Positions 1-7,876 of a stretch of DNA of 64,000 bases are shown one piece after another. The position numbers and the translations under genes are program-made. Position 1 is the stretch's first letter. Every line of letters begins with the position of its first letter. Source of the stretch: Candidatus Omnitrophota bacterium (GTDB lineage Bacteria; Omnitrophota; Gorgyraeia; 1-14-0-20-64-10); NCBI GenBank assembly GCA_016201735.1, contig JACQCH010000017.1, forward strand, positions 7,910 through 71,909. Reading direction: 5' to 3'. The notes below the pieces were generated by a model that saw nothing but the letters and a program-made list of their open reading frames with translations, ran no database searches and was not told where the DNA came from.

Positions 1-647
1 CGGATAACGACCGCCCGATCTCGAGGGACCATGACATCCCTCACCTTCAGATCCCCGAACTCAAAGATCCGGTGAAGCATTCCCCGCTCATGCTCCCCGA
101 GGACTCCTTCCTCCTTCCCCATCTCGATCATCAGCTTAAGCTCCTCCTCCGTCACCAATGGGGACCGGGATGGAGTGGAAATTCCGACGAGCCGGAAAGC
201 CCAGTTGGTCAGCCGAGTCACCCCGCGGGCAATCGGATGAAAGATTCGGACCAGCAGGCGCATCGGCGGGGAAACCCAGAGAGAAACCTCGTCCGCGTGC
301 CGGACCGCGTACACCTTCGGAAGGATGTCCACCAGGAACAGGATCGTGCTTCCGGCAATCAAGGTCGCCACCAGAACCCCCACCCTCTGCCCCAACGCCC
401 CGATGCAGGCGGCGGTGACCAGGCCGGTCAGCGCGGCATTGATGAAACTGCTCCAGACCAAGATCGTGGTGATCACCTGGTCCAGTTGAGAGACCAGGCC
501 CTGCGCCGTCTTCGCGCCCCGGACCCCCCGATCGGCCATGTGCCGAAGCCGGATCTTGGAAATTCCCACCAGGGCGATTTCGGACAGAGACAGAAAGGCC
601 GACGCCGTCACCAACAGGAAAATCAGGAAAAACTCCAGCGGGCTCAT
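1..647 (-). CDS. CNNM/CorC-HlyC family protein (DUF21 membrane domain + CBS), N-terminal part; gene continues past window start
   Basis: Third minus-strand frame missing from ORF track (no stop within window): ATG at 647..645 gives MSPLEFFLIFLLVTASAFLSLSEIALVGISKIRLRHMADRG...ILFLVDILPKVYA...EEELKLMIEMGKEEGVLGEHERGMLHRIFEFGDLKVRDVMVPR, typical DUF21+CBS transporter-associated architecture; 4-nt overlap with nadD stop. Preferred over the low-complexity ORFs 72..674(+) and 136..696(-). Confidence 0.6.
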   Translation of the reverse strand, partial: MSPLEFFLIFLLVTASAFLSLSEIALVGISKIRLRHMADRGVRGAKTAQGLVSQLDQVITTILVWSSFINAALTGLVTAACIGALGQRVGVLVATLIAGSTILFLVDILPKVYAVRHADEVSLWVSPPMRLLVRIFHPIARGVTRLTNWAFRLVGISTPSRSPLVTEEELKLMIEMGKEEGVLGEHERGMLHRIFEFGDLKVRDVMVPRDRAVVI

Positions 648-1264
648 CGGTACAAACGACGCTTCTCGATGTAGCGATAGACCGGCTCCGGAACAAGGGA
701 TTGAATCGGCTGGCCCTGTCGGATCAACTCCCGGATCTCCGAGGAGGAGATGTCCGGGGTCTTCACGGGAATCTCCCGGACCCCGGCAGGAAGCGGATCG
801 GAATTTTTTCCAGGACGAGGAATCGCGATCGGTTGAACCAACTGTTTCAGCCGATCGTATTCCCGCCAGGTCGGAAGCTCCCGCGCGGTGTCGGAACCAA
901 CCAGCAGAAACCATTCATTTTTTGAATCCTTGAACTGCTCCTGGATCTGCCGCACGGTGTCTATAGTATAGGAAGGGGGCGGCCTCTCCAATTCAACCCG
1001 GGAAAGTTGGAAGGATGGGTGATCCCGGATCGCCAGCTCCACCATCTCGGCCCGGTCCTCCGGGGAAACGCTTCGGCTCCGTTCGTCCTGAGCTTTGTCG
1101 AAGGACGAACAGGATTTGTCGGCTTCGGTCTTGTGCGGAGCGATGTGGGCGGGGATCCATAAGACCTGGTCGAGCTTGAGCAGTTTCTTGGCCCCTTCCG
1201 CCAAAAGCAGATGCCCGTTGTGAACCGGGTTAAAGGTCCCCCCCAACAGGCCGATCCGCTTTAT
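644..1264 (-). CDS. nadD: nicotinate-nucleotide adenylyltransferase NadD; start codon unresolved (ATA in ATAA overlap with proA stop); contains 36-bp in-frame repeat insertion
   Basis: Conserved N-terminal motif KRIGLLGGTFNPVHNGHL and WIPAHIAPHK in ORF 644..1591; no in-frame ATG/GTG/TTG within ~150 nt upstream of the conserved N-terminus; ~12 extra residues (SCSSFDKAQDER) relative to canonical NadD coincide with a palindromic repeat. Confidence 0.7.
   Translation of the reverse strand: MKRIGLLGGTFNPVHNGHLLLAEGAKKLLKLDQVLWIPAHIAPHKTEADKSCSSFDKAQDERSRSVSPEDRAEMVELAIRDHPSFQLSRVELERPPPSYTIDTVRQIQEQFKDSKNEWFLLVGSDTARELPTWREYDRLKQLVQPIAIPRPGKNSDPLPAGVREIPVKTPDISSSEIRELIRQGQPIQSLVPEPVYRYIEKRRLYR
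1078..1110. repeat. REP-like palindromic unit GTTCGTCCTGAGCTTTGTCGAAGGACGAAC inserted in frame in nadD
   Basis: Perfect 11-bp stem palindrome; same unit family as 35721..35790 and 52932..53009 (CCGTTCGTCCTGAGCYTGTSGAAGGACGAAC). Confidence 0.6.
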
Positions 1265-2523
1265 CGTCTCACCTGGCCGTGGCCCATCACCACGTACTTG
1301 TAAGTCGTCAGCTCCTCCAACCCCATGGGACCCCGGGCATGCAGTTTGTCTGTCGAGACCCCGATCTCCGCGCCGAGCCCGAATTGGCCCCCGTCGGTGA
1401 ACCGGGTGGAGGCGTTCACATAGACGCAGGCGGAATCCACGCCCCGCAAAAATTCCTCCGCGTTTGGCTTGGAGCGGGTCACGATCGCGTCGGAGTGGCC
1501 GGAACCGTACCGCCGGATGTGCTGGACCGCCTCCTTCAAGGAATCGACCACCTTCACGGAGAGGATGAGCCCCAAATATTCGGTGGCCCAATCGGTCTCC
1601 GTCGCCGGCCGGACCGAAAAACCTTTCAGGATCCGGCGAGTTTCCGCGTCGCCCCGCAGCTCCACCCCGGCCACTTGATACGCCTTGGCCATAGCTGGCA
1701 GAAAAACGGGAGCCGCCTTGCGATGGACGAGAAGGGTCTCCATCGCGTTGCAGACGCCGGGCCGCTGGACCTTGGCGTTGTAGCAGATTTCCTGCGCCAT
1801 CTTAAGATCGGCCCCCTGATCCACAAAGGTGTGGCAGATCCCCTTGTACTGCTTGATCACCGGCACCTTGGCCTTCGCCACGATCTGGCGGATCAACCCT
1901 TCCCCTCCACGGGGAATCACCAGGTCCACCCATCCGACTAGCCCCAGAAGATGATCCACCGCCCGCCGGTCGGTCGTCCAGACCAGATTCACCGCTCCTC
2001 GAGGGAGCCCAGTCCGAAGTGCCGCCTTCTCCAGCCGGCGGAAGATCGCCCGGTTCGAGTGAATCGCCTCGGATCCTCCCCGCAGGATCACGCTGTTGCC
2101 GGATTTCAAGCAGAGTCCCGCGCAGTCGGCGGTCACATTAGGGCGGGCTTCGTAAATAATCCCGATCACCCCGATCGGAACCCGAACCTTGGCGATCTTC
2201 AATCCGTTGGGCCGGCTCCACCGCTTGATCACCTCACCCACCGGGTCCCGGAGTTTGGCCACGTCCCGCAGACCCTGGGCCATCTCATCGATCCGCTTCC
2301 CATTCAACAAAAGCCGGTCGAGCAGAGCTCCGCTGATCCCTCGGGCCCGGGCGGCCCGGAGATCTTTCCCGTTGGCCGCCAAAATCTCCCGCCGGCCGGC
2401 CTCCAGCCCGGCCGCCATGGCAAGCAGGGCTTTATTCTTGACGCTCGTCGGCGTCCGGCCCAAAACCACCGATGCTTCCTTCGCCCCCCGCGCTAATTTT
2501 TTAATCTGCTCGCGCATCTTCAT
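1261..2523 (-). CDS. proA: gamma-glutamyl phosphate reductase
   Basis: 420 aa; ALDH-fold ProA hallmarks (VPIGVIGIIYEARPNV, NASTRFTDGGQFGLGAEIG); adjacent proline-pathway context. Confidence 0.9.
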   Translation of the reverse strand: MKMREQIKKLARGAKEASVVLGRTPTSVKNKALLAMAAGLEAGRREILAANGKDLRAARARGISGALLDRLLLNGKRIDEMAQGLRDVAKLRDPVGEVIKRWSRPNGLKIAKVRVPIGVIGIIYEARPNVTADCAGLCLKSGNSVILRGGSEAIHSNRAIFRRLEKAALRTGLPRGAVNLVWTTDRRAVDHLLGLVGWVDLVIPRGGEGLIRQIVAKAKVPVIKQYKGICHTFVDQGADLKMAQEICYNAKVQRPGVCNAMETLLVHRKAAPVFLPAMAKAYQVAGVELRGDAETRRILKGFSVRPATETDWATEYLGLILSVKVVDSLKEAVQHIRRYGSGHSDAIVTRSKPNAEEFLRGVDSACVYVNASTRFTDGGQFGLGAEIGVSTDKLHARGPMGLEELTTYKYVVMGHGQVRR

Positions 2524-2571
2524 CTGACAACCTTAAGTTTCAACGGGAAGTTTTCCCATTTGGTGATTCGT

Positions 2572-2922
2572 CTACCGCGGATGCTCTTCGTGTTCCTTCT
2601 GCTTCTCTTGCATGCGCTCATCCCAGCGCTTGTTCATCTCTTGTGTGTGCTGCTGATATCTATTTTCCATCTCCTGCATGCGCTTGTCATGCTCCGCCTT
2701 CATGGCGGCCTGCATCTCATTGTGTTCTTCTTGTTCGAGCGCCTGCATCTTCTGTTTGAATTCGTTATGCATCTGCTCTCTGCGCGCTTGGTATTTGTCC
2801 TTGATCGCTTTCACCGCCGCCGACATCTCTCCGCGATGTCCCTCCTCGCCTTCGTGCGCGACAACGACACCCGCGGTCCCCAGCACCCCGATCAGCGCTG
2901 CAATCATCCCCCACCGTGGCAT
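2572..2922 (-). CDS. small secreted His/Met/Glu/Gln-rich protein (possible periplasmic metal-binding or Spy/ZraP-like)
   Basis: Signal peptide MPRWGMIAALIGVLGTAGVVVA then charged repeat-like HEGEEGH...EMQAAMKAEHDKRMQEMENRYQQHTQEM...KEHEEH; antisense ORF 2560..2994 is low-complexity leucine run, so minus frame preferred. Confidence 0.4.
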   Translation of the reverse strand: MPRWGMIAALIGVLGTAGVVVAHEGEEGHRGEMSAAVKAIKDKYQARREQMHNEFKQKMQALEQEEHNEMQAAMKAEHDKRMQEMENRYQQHTQEMNKRWDERMQEKQKEHEEHPR

Positions 2923-3104
2923 AAACCCTCCTCCTTGCTGAGCAGTTTCTTATTTACCAGGGTTCGCATAAACCCTAACATCCGCGTGGAATAACGGCGC
3001 CATTTAACAACCGTATCTTTCAAGAAAAAGCTTCTTCAACGTGTCCCCCCCCGCGTACCTGGCACCAATTTATCATGGGAAACGATTCCACTCTGCTCAA
3101 ATTC

Positions 3105-3740
3105 CTATTTCTTGACCGCGAGGGTGAGCCCGTCGCGGAGTGTCAGCATCACCGCTTCGACCCGCTTATCGGCCGCGACACGCCGGTTGAAGGCGGCGAT
3201 CGCCCTGTCACTGCTGTCCTGCGGGCGCAGTACCCTGCCGCCCCAGAGCGTGTTGTCCGCGAGCAGGATGCCCCCTTTGCGGATCTTCGGCACGCACAGC
3301 TCCCAATAACGGATGTAGTTTTCCTTGTCGGCATCGATGAACACGGCGTCGAAAGGACCTTTCAACCGCTGGATTGTCTGAGCCGCGTGACCGAGCCGGA
3401 GCTGGATCTTTTTCCCGTGGGGGCTTTTCGCCCAATAGGCCTTGGCGATTTTTGTGGTGTCGGGATTGATGTCGCAGGTGATGAGCCGGCCGCCCGTCGG
3501 GAGCCCTTCGGCCATCGCCAGCGCACTGTAGCCGGTGAACGTCCCGATCTCCAGCACCCGCTTCGCCCTCGCGATCCTCATCAGGAGCCGCAGGAAACTC
3601 CCTTCGAGATGCCCGACCTGCATCTGGGGGAGGTCCGTCGCAGCCCAGGTGGTACGCGCGAGATTCTTGAACAGGGCCGGTTCCGGGCTGGTGTGCTTTG
3701 CCGCGTAGGACTCAATCTCAGGATTTACGATCGGATTCAT
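3105..3740 (-). CDS. class I SAM-dependent O-methyltransferase (family 3, caffeoyl-CoA OMT-like)
   Basis: 211 aa; VLEIGTFTGYSALAMAEGLP...GRLITCDINP...AVFIDADKENY motifs of COG4122 O-methyltransferases. Confidence 0.75.
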   Translation of the reverse strand: MNPIVNPEIESYAAKHTSPEPALFKNLARTTWAATDLPQMQVGHLEGSFLRLLMRIARAKRVLEIGTFTGYSALAMAEGLPTGGRLITCDINPDTTKIAKAYWAKSPHGKKIQLRLGHAAQTIQRLKGPFDAVFIDADKENYIRYWELCVPKIRKGGILLADNTLWGGRVLRPQDSSDRAIAAFNRRVAADKRVEAVMLTLRDGLTLAVKK

Positions 3741-3762
3741 TAGAGAAACTCACCTCCGATCC

Positions 3763-4881
3763 TCAGCTCTTGAGGATCACCATCGAGTCCCGGTGGATCA
3801 CCTCTTGAGCTTTGCGGCCCAGCGCCGACCGGATGGCGTCGCTCTTGAACCCTTTGATCTTCTCCAATTCGGCGTGGGAGTAGCCGACGATCCCCCGCGC
3901 GAATTCCTGGTCCTGGTTGATCTGTGCCACGGAAACCAGATCCCCTCGGCGGAAGTTCCCCTCAACCGCGTGGACCCCCGAAGCCAGCAGGGAAAGCCGC
4001 CGAGAAGCCAACGCTTCCCTCGCCCCGGAATCAACCAGGATCCGCCCCTTGGGCCTTCCCGTCAGGCCGAGCCACCGCTGTTTCCCCTTTAATCCGGATC
4101 CCTTTCTCGGAATAAACCATGTTCCAGAGAACTCCTTTTTCAGGAAGGCCTTCGTCAAACAATTCTCCTGCCGGCCGTTCATCAAAATCATTGGGATGCC
4201 GCTGGCCATCACGATCTTGGCTGCCTCTAATTTCGTCCGCATGCCGCCCGTGGAAACTGCTTTGGTCGTCCCCCCGGCCGCCCTTTCCAAATCCGGCGTG
4301 ATCTCTGTGACGAGGGCCTGAAAACCATCGGGACCTTTGAGCTGGTCCACATCGCTTAAAAGAACCAGCAGGTCCGCGTCCACCAGCGCCGCCACCTGAG
4401 CGGAGAGGATGTCGTTGTCTCCGTAGCGAATCTCCTCAACCGACACCGTGTCGTTCTCATTGATGATCGGAACCACCTGCGCCTTCAACAAAGTCAACAG
4501 GGTCGCTTTGGCATTTAGGTACCGCCGGTGATTTTCAAGATCGTCCCGGGTCAGAAGAATCTGCGCCGCGTGGAGGCCCTCTTTCTCGAAATGGGTCGTG
4601 TACCACTGCATGAGCCGGCCCTGCCCCGTCGCCGCGGCGGCCTGGAGCTTGGCCAACTCCTTGGGACGCTTCTTTAAATCCAAGATCCCCATTCCCACCC
4701 CGATGGCGCCGGAGGTCACAACGATCACCTCCATCTTTTGGCGCCAGAGGGCGGCCACCTCGGAAGCGATCGCCTCAACCCGGTGGCGGACCACTCCGGC
4801 ACGGTCAGGATCGGTCAAGACCGACGTACCCACCTTGACCACCAGCCGCTTAGCGGAGGAGAGAAATTCTGTGGGGTTCAT
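3763..4881 (-). CDS. proB: glutamate 5-kinase (with C-terminal PUA domain)
   Basis: 372 aa; LVVKVGTSVLTD..., kinase core and PUA-like C-terminus; ATGA overlap with obgE stop. Confidence 0.9.
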   Translation of the reverse strand: MNPTEFLSSAKRLVVKVGTSVLTDPDRAGVVRHRVEAIASEVAALWRQKMEVIVVTSGAIGVGMGILDLKKRPKELAKLQAAAATGQGRLMQWYTTHFEKEGLHAAQILLTRDDLENHRRYLNAKATLLTLLKAQVVPIINENDTVSVEEIRYGDNDILSAQVAALVDADLLVLLSDVDQLKGPDGFQALVTEITPDLERAAGGTTKAVSTGGMRTKLEAAKIVMASGIPMILMNGRQENCLTKAFLKKEFSGTWFIPRKGSGLKGKQRWLGLTGRPKGRILVDSGAREALASRRLSLLASGVHAVEGNFRRGDLVSVAQINQDQEFARGIVGYSHAELEKIKGFKSDAIRSALGRKAQEVIHRDSMVILKS

Positions 4882-5996
4882 ATTCCAATGTCATCCTCGC
4901 TAAAGCGAGGATCAGATTCCCGCTTTCGCGGGAATGACGGATCTCGAGATTGCTTCGGCTCTTCGAGCCTCGCAATGACCTCCCCTATCTTCTTCAACAG
5001 TTTCGGGACTCCCTCGCCAGTCTTGGCGGAGATCGGAAGTACCGTTCCCTTAATCTTCTTCTTGAACCGGGCCAGGTTTTTGGCGGCGGCCGGCTCGTCC
5101 ATTTTGTTGGCCGCCAGGATTTGCCGCTTGGCGGCGACCGCCGGATCGTACAGCTTCAATTCCCGGTTCAACGTCTCGTAATCCTCCACCGGGTCCCGGC
5201 CGTCCGCCCCAGCCATATCGATCAAGTGGACCAGGAGCGTGGTCCGTTCAATGTGCCTTAAGAACTCCAGCCCAAGCCCCTTTCCCCGGTGGGCCCCCTC
5301 GATCAAGCCGGGGACATCCACGGCGACGACGGAGTTCTTGGAGGGAAGCGTCACCGCCCCCAGCACCGGATGGATCGTCGTGAAAGGAAACGGAGCGATC
5401 TTGGGCCGGGCCTGCGAAATCTGCGCGATCAAGGTGGACTTGCCGGCATTGGGAAGTCCCACGATCCCGACGTCCGCGAGGAGTTTCAGTTCCAGCCGCA
5501 GACGTCTGCGTTCACCGGCCGCCCCGTCCAATTTGCCCGGCTCTAAGAGACGGATATCCCGGGAAGGAGCCCAGGAAGAAGTGGACCGGGACCTTTCCTT
5601 GGAGGCGTTGCCGACCCCGCCGGCCCCGCCCCGGGCGATCAGCATTTCATCACCGGGTTTGAGCAGTTCCTGGATCAGCTCGCCGGTGTCGGCGTCCCAA
5701 AGGAGTGTTCCCAAGGGGACGTTGATCCGGCAGTCGGTCCCTTGAGCGCCGTGCTGTTTCTTGGAAGAGGCGTTGCCGCCGTGCCCGGCCCGGAAATGCC
5801 GTTTGGCTTGGAAATCGAGGAGAGTGGTTAGCTGCGGGTTGGCGCGAACCAGGACATGGCCGCCCCGGCCCCCGTCCCCGCCGTCAGGGATTGCATGCCG
5901 GGTCCAGCGATCCTGGTAAAACGAACGGCACCCCTTGCCGCCCCGGCCGGCTTCCGCGAGGATGGATGCTTGGTCGACGAAACGGGTCGTTCTCAC
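4878..5996 (-). CDS. obgE: GTPase Obg/CgtA
   Basis: 372 aa; Obg fold N-terminus ([21 protein letters not shown], glycine-rich), G domain [10 protein letters not shown]; conserved rplU-rpmA-obg context. Confidence 0.9.
   Translation of the reverse strand: MRTTRFVDQASILAEAGRGGKGCRSFYQDRWTRHAIPDGGDGGRGGHVLVRANPQLTTLLDFQAKRHFRAGHGGNASSKKQHGAQGTDCRINVPLGTLLWDADTGELIQELLKPGDEMLIARGGAGGVGNASKERSRSTSSWAPSRDIRLLEPGKLDGAAGERRRLRLELKLLADVGIVGLPNAGKSTLIAQISQARPKIAPFPFTTIHPVLGAVTLPSKNSVVAVDVPGLIEGAHRGKGLGLEFLRHIERTTLLVHLIDMAGADGRDPVEDYETLNRELKLYDPAVAAKRQILAANKMDEPAAAKNLARFKKKIKGTVLPISAKTGEGVPKLLKKIGEVIARLEEPKQSRDPSFPRKRESDPRFSEDDIGI
4895..4990. repeat. cluster of three tandem REP-like hairpins (GTCATCCTCGCTAAAGCGAGGATC; ATTCCCGCTTTCGCGGGAATGAC; GATTGC...GCAATGAC) lying inside the 3' end of obgE coding sequence
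   Basis: Seen directly; translated in-frame as obg C-terminal tail ...[25 protein letters not shown]; third hairpin resembles unit inside aroA insertion (32216..32250). Confidence 0.6.
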
Positions 5997-6235
5997 TGAG
6001 CATGGACAGCAACCAGTCGCGGCTTTGGGAAAACCACAATCCCATCCCGGAGAGCAAAGAGGGTGTCGTCCCCGCCGCGTCCGACGTTCAGACCCGGCTT
6101 GAAGCGGGTTCCCCGCTGGCGGATGATGATCGATCCGGTCGTGACAAACTCGCCGCCGTAGGCCTTGACTCCCAGCCGCTTGGAATGGGAGTCCCGCCCG
6201 TTTTTAGTCGATCCCTGTCCTTTAGTGTGCGCCAT
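5993..6235 (-). CDS. rpmA: 50S ribosomal protein L27
   Basis: [31 protein letters not shown]...[17 protein letters not shown] matches L27. Confidence 0.9.
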   Translation of the reverse strand: MAHTKGQGSTKNGRDSHSKRLGVKAYGGEFVTTGSIIIRQRGTRFKPGLNVGRGGDDTLFALRDGIVVFPKPRLVAVHAQ

Positions 6236-6551
6236 TGAAAGAAATCTCCGTCACTTTAAGGCGCGTCAATTCCTGGCGGTGCCCCACCTTCCGGTGGTAT
6301 CCCTTGCGCCTCTTGTACTTGAAGTTGATCACCTTCGGTCCTCGAAGATGCTTCACCACCTGCGCGACCACAGCAGCTCCTTTGACCAGGGGCCGCCCGA
6401 CCTGGAACTGATCCTGCGCCCGGACCGCCAAGACCTGCTCCAAACGGACAGAGGCCCCCACTTCCGCCTTCAGCAGCTCCACATCCAGCAGAGCGCCGGC
6501 GCTTACCTTATATTGCTTTCCACCCGTTTCCAAAACAGCGTAATCGGACAT
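6222..6551 (-). CDS. rplU: 50S ribosomal protein L21
   Basis: [27 protein letters not shown]... 109 aa, L21 family; overlaps rpmA start. Confidence 0.9.
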   Translation of the reverse strand: MSDYAVLETGGKQYKVSAGALLDVELLKAEVGASVRLEQVLAVRAQDQFQVGRPLVKGAAVVAQVVKHLRGPKVINFKYKRRKGYHRKVGHRQELTRLKVTEISFNGAH

Positions 6552-6623
6552 TTCCCCCTCGGTATCTCAAACGTTAAAAATACCACGGATCGCTCGATAA
6601 GACAACCGGATTCCACGAGATGG

Positions 6624-7616
6624 TCACTGGCGATTAAGCCAGGAGAGCCATTCCTTTTCGAGGGCAACGGGGGCTTCCTTATATTGGGCGCGGAGGGCGT
6701 CGACGATCGGGTACCCCTGCCCCAGGAGTTTGAGAAGACCTACCAGGTCGGGCCAACTGAAACGCTTGACCAGGTACTGCGTGATCAGATACCCCTGGGC
6801 ATAGTGGAGCTCCAGATCCCCTTGGTCGTATTCCTCCTTCCATAACTGCTCCCAGGGAATCGGCTTCCCCTTATCGAGGATCCCCCTGGCCAAACGGAGG
6901 TCGATCGGGCGGACACGGGCTTCCTGGAGGGTCGCGATTCCTTCATTGAGCCAAACCGGACATCGCCCTTTGGCCAGGTCATGGACGAGCGCGTGGGTGT
7001 ATTCGTGCCAAAGAATTGCTTTTAATGCGTCGCCCGGTCCGGATTGAACCGGCCCGCCGGATTGAATCGGCAACCGGATCTTTCCATCGTACAGGCCGGC
7101 GACCCGGTGGCTGATTCCCTTGACCTGTTCAAAACTGGAGGCCGGATAGAGAATCACGGTGATTGGATAATCCGGGAAATATTGAAAGGATTGGCCGACC
7201 TGCCGGTAGGTCTCTTGAAGGATCGGTCTAAGATCCTCCCGCTCCGGCCCGATCTGGTCCTGGGCAAACCGGACGACAAACGGGGCGGTGTCGTTTCGGG
7301 AGAGGCCCCGCTCCAACGGAGCTTCCTTCTGAAGTTTCTCCAAGCGCTCCCGGACGTCCCGCCTGGAAGGAGCCAGCTTTAAGGCCTGCTCCCAACTCTC
7401 CCGGGCCTTCTCCAAATCCTGGCGCAGGTAATACAGCTGCCCCAACAACAGATGCGCCTCGACGTGGCCCGGCTCCTCCCGGACGGCCTCCTCCGCATAG
7501 GAAAGCGCTTCATCTAACCGCCGGTCCTGGTACGCCGCTGCCGCCCGCGCGTACGGCGACGCCTCCTCCGCCCAGGAAATAGCCGAGGGCAAAAGGATGA
7601 TGAAATAAACGGTCAT
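6624..7616 (-). CDS. secreted TPR-repeat protein with HExxH(...NEG) zinc-metallopeptidase-like domain
   Basis: Likely start MTVYFIILLPSAISWA (signal-like) at 7616; TPR-like helical N-region; WHEYTHALVHD...WLNEGIATLQE gluzincin-type motif. The upstream 87 codons of ORF 6624..7877 are repeat-derived (CSHSPCQSIGRWPNPTGLSMESRSFQLGFPF recurs at two other loci). Confidence 0.55.
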   Translation of the reverse strand: MTVYFIILLPSAISWAEEASPYARAAAAYQDRRLDEALSYAEEAVREEPGHVEAHLLLGQLYYLRQDLEKARESWEQALKLAPSRRDVRERLEKLQKEAPLERGLSRNDTAPFVVRFAQDQIGPEREDLRPILQETYRQVGQSFQYFPDYPITVILYPASSFEQVKGISHRVAGLYDGKIRLPIQSGGPVQSGPGDALKAILWHEYTHALVHDLAKGRCPVWLNEGIATLQEARVRPIDLRLARGILDKGKPIPWEQLWKEEYDQGDLELHYAQGYLITQYLVKRFSWPDLVGLLKLLGQGYPIVDALRAQYKEAPVALEKEWLSWLNRQ

Positions 7617-7629
7617 TACGAGAGGGATG

Positions 7630-7876
7630 ATAATGCTTCGGAGAGCTTCGGGGTGTCGGGGGTGGGCTGGATCCCGCCAGCAGGGCCAACCATTGAGGAT
7701 CAAGCCCTGATGGAATGGAAACCCAAGCTGAAATGAACGACTTTCCATGGAGAGTCCTGTCGGGTTTGGCCACCTGCCGATGCTCTGACATGGTGAATGT
7801 GAACAATCCGTCCGAACAGGCCCGATGCCGGGAGCCGGCCCGCCCCCGACAGGACCCCGGGCGGTGGTCCGGAGCA
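7630..7876. mobile_element. MITE-like repeat, truncated copy A (3' two-thirds of the ~0.5 kb element)
   Basis: Core GGAAACCCAAGCTGAAATGAACGACTTTCCATGG...GCTCTGACATGGTGAATGTGAACAA...CCGAACAGGCCCGATGCCGGG shared with 18808..19287 and 25975..26469; fills rng/TPR-protease intergenic gap. Confidence 0.6.

Noticed and set aside
72-696. ORF-track ORFs 72..674(+) and 136..696(-) at the window start
   Set aside because: Both have junk-like composition (Arg/Gly/Pro/His-rich, no motifs). The third minus-strand frame encodes a convincing DUF21-CBS membrane protein starting at 647 with an ATGA overlap to nadD. It is missing from the track because it has no stop inside the window.
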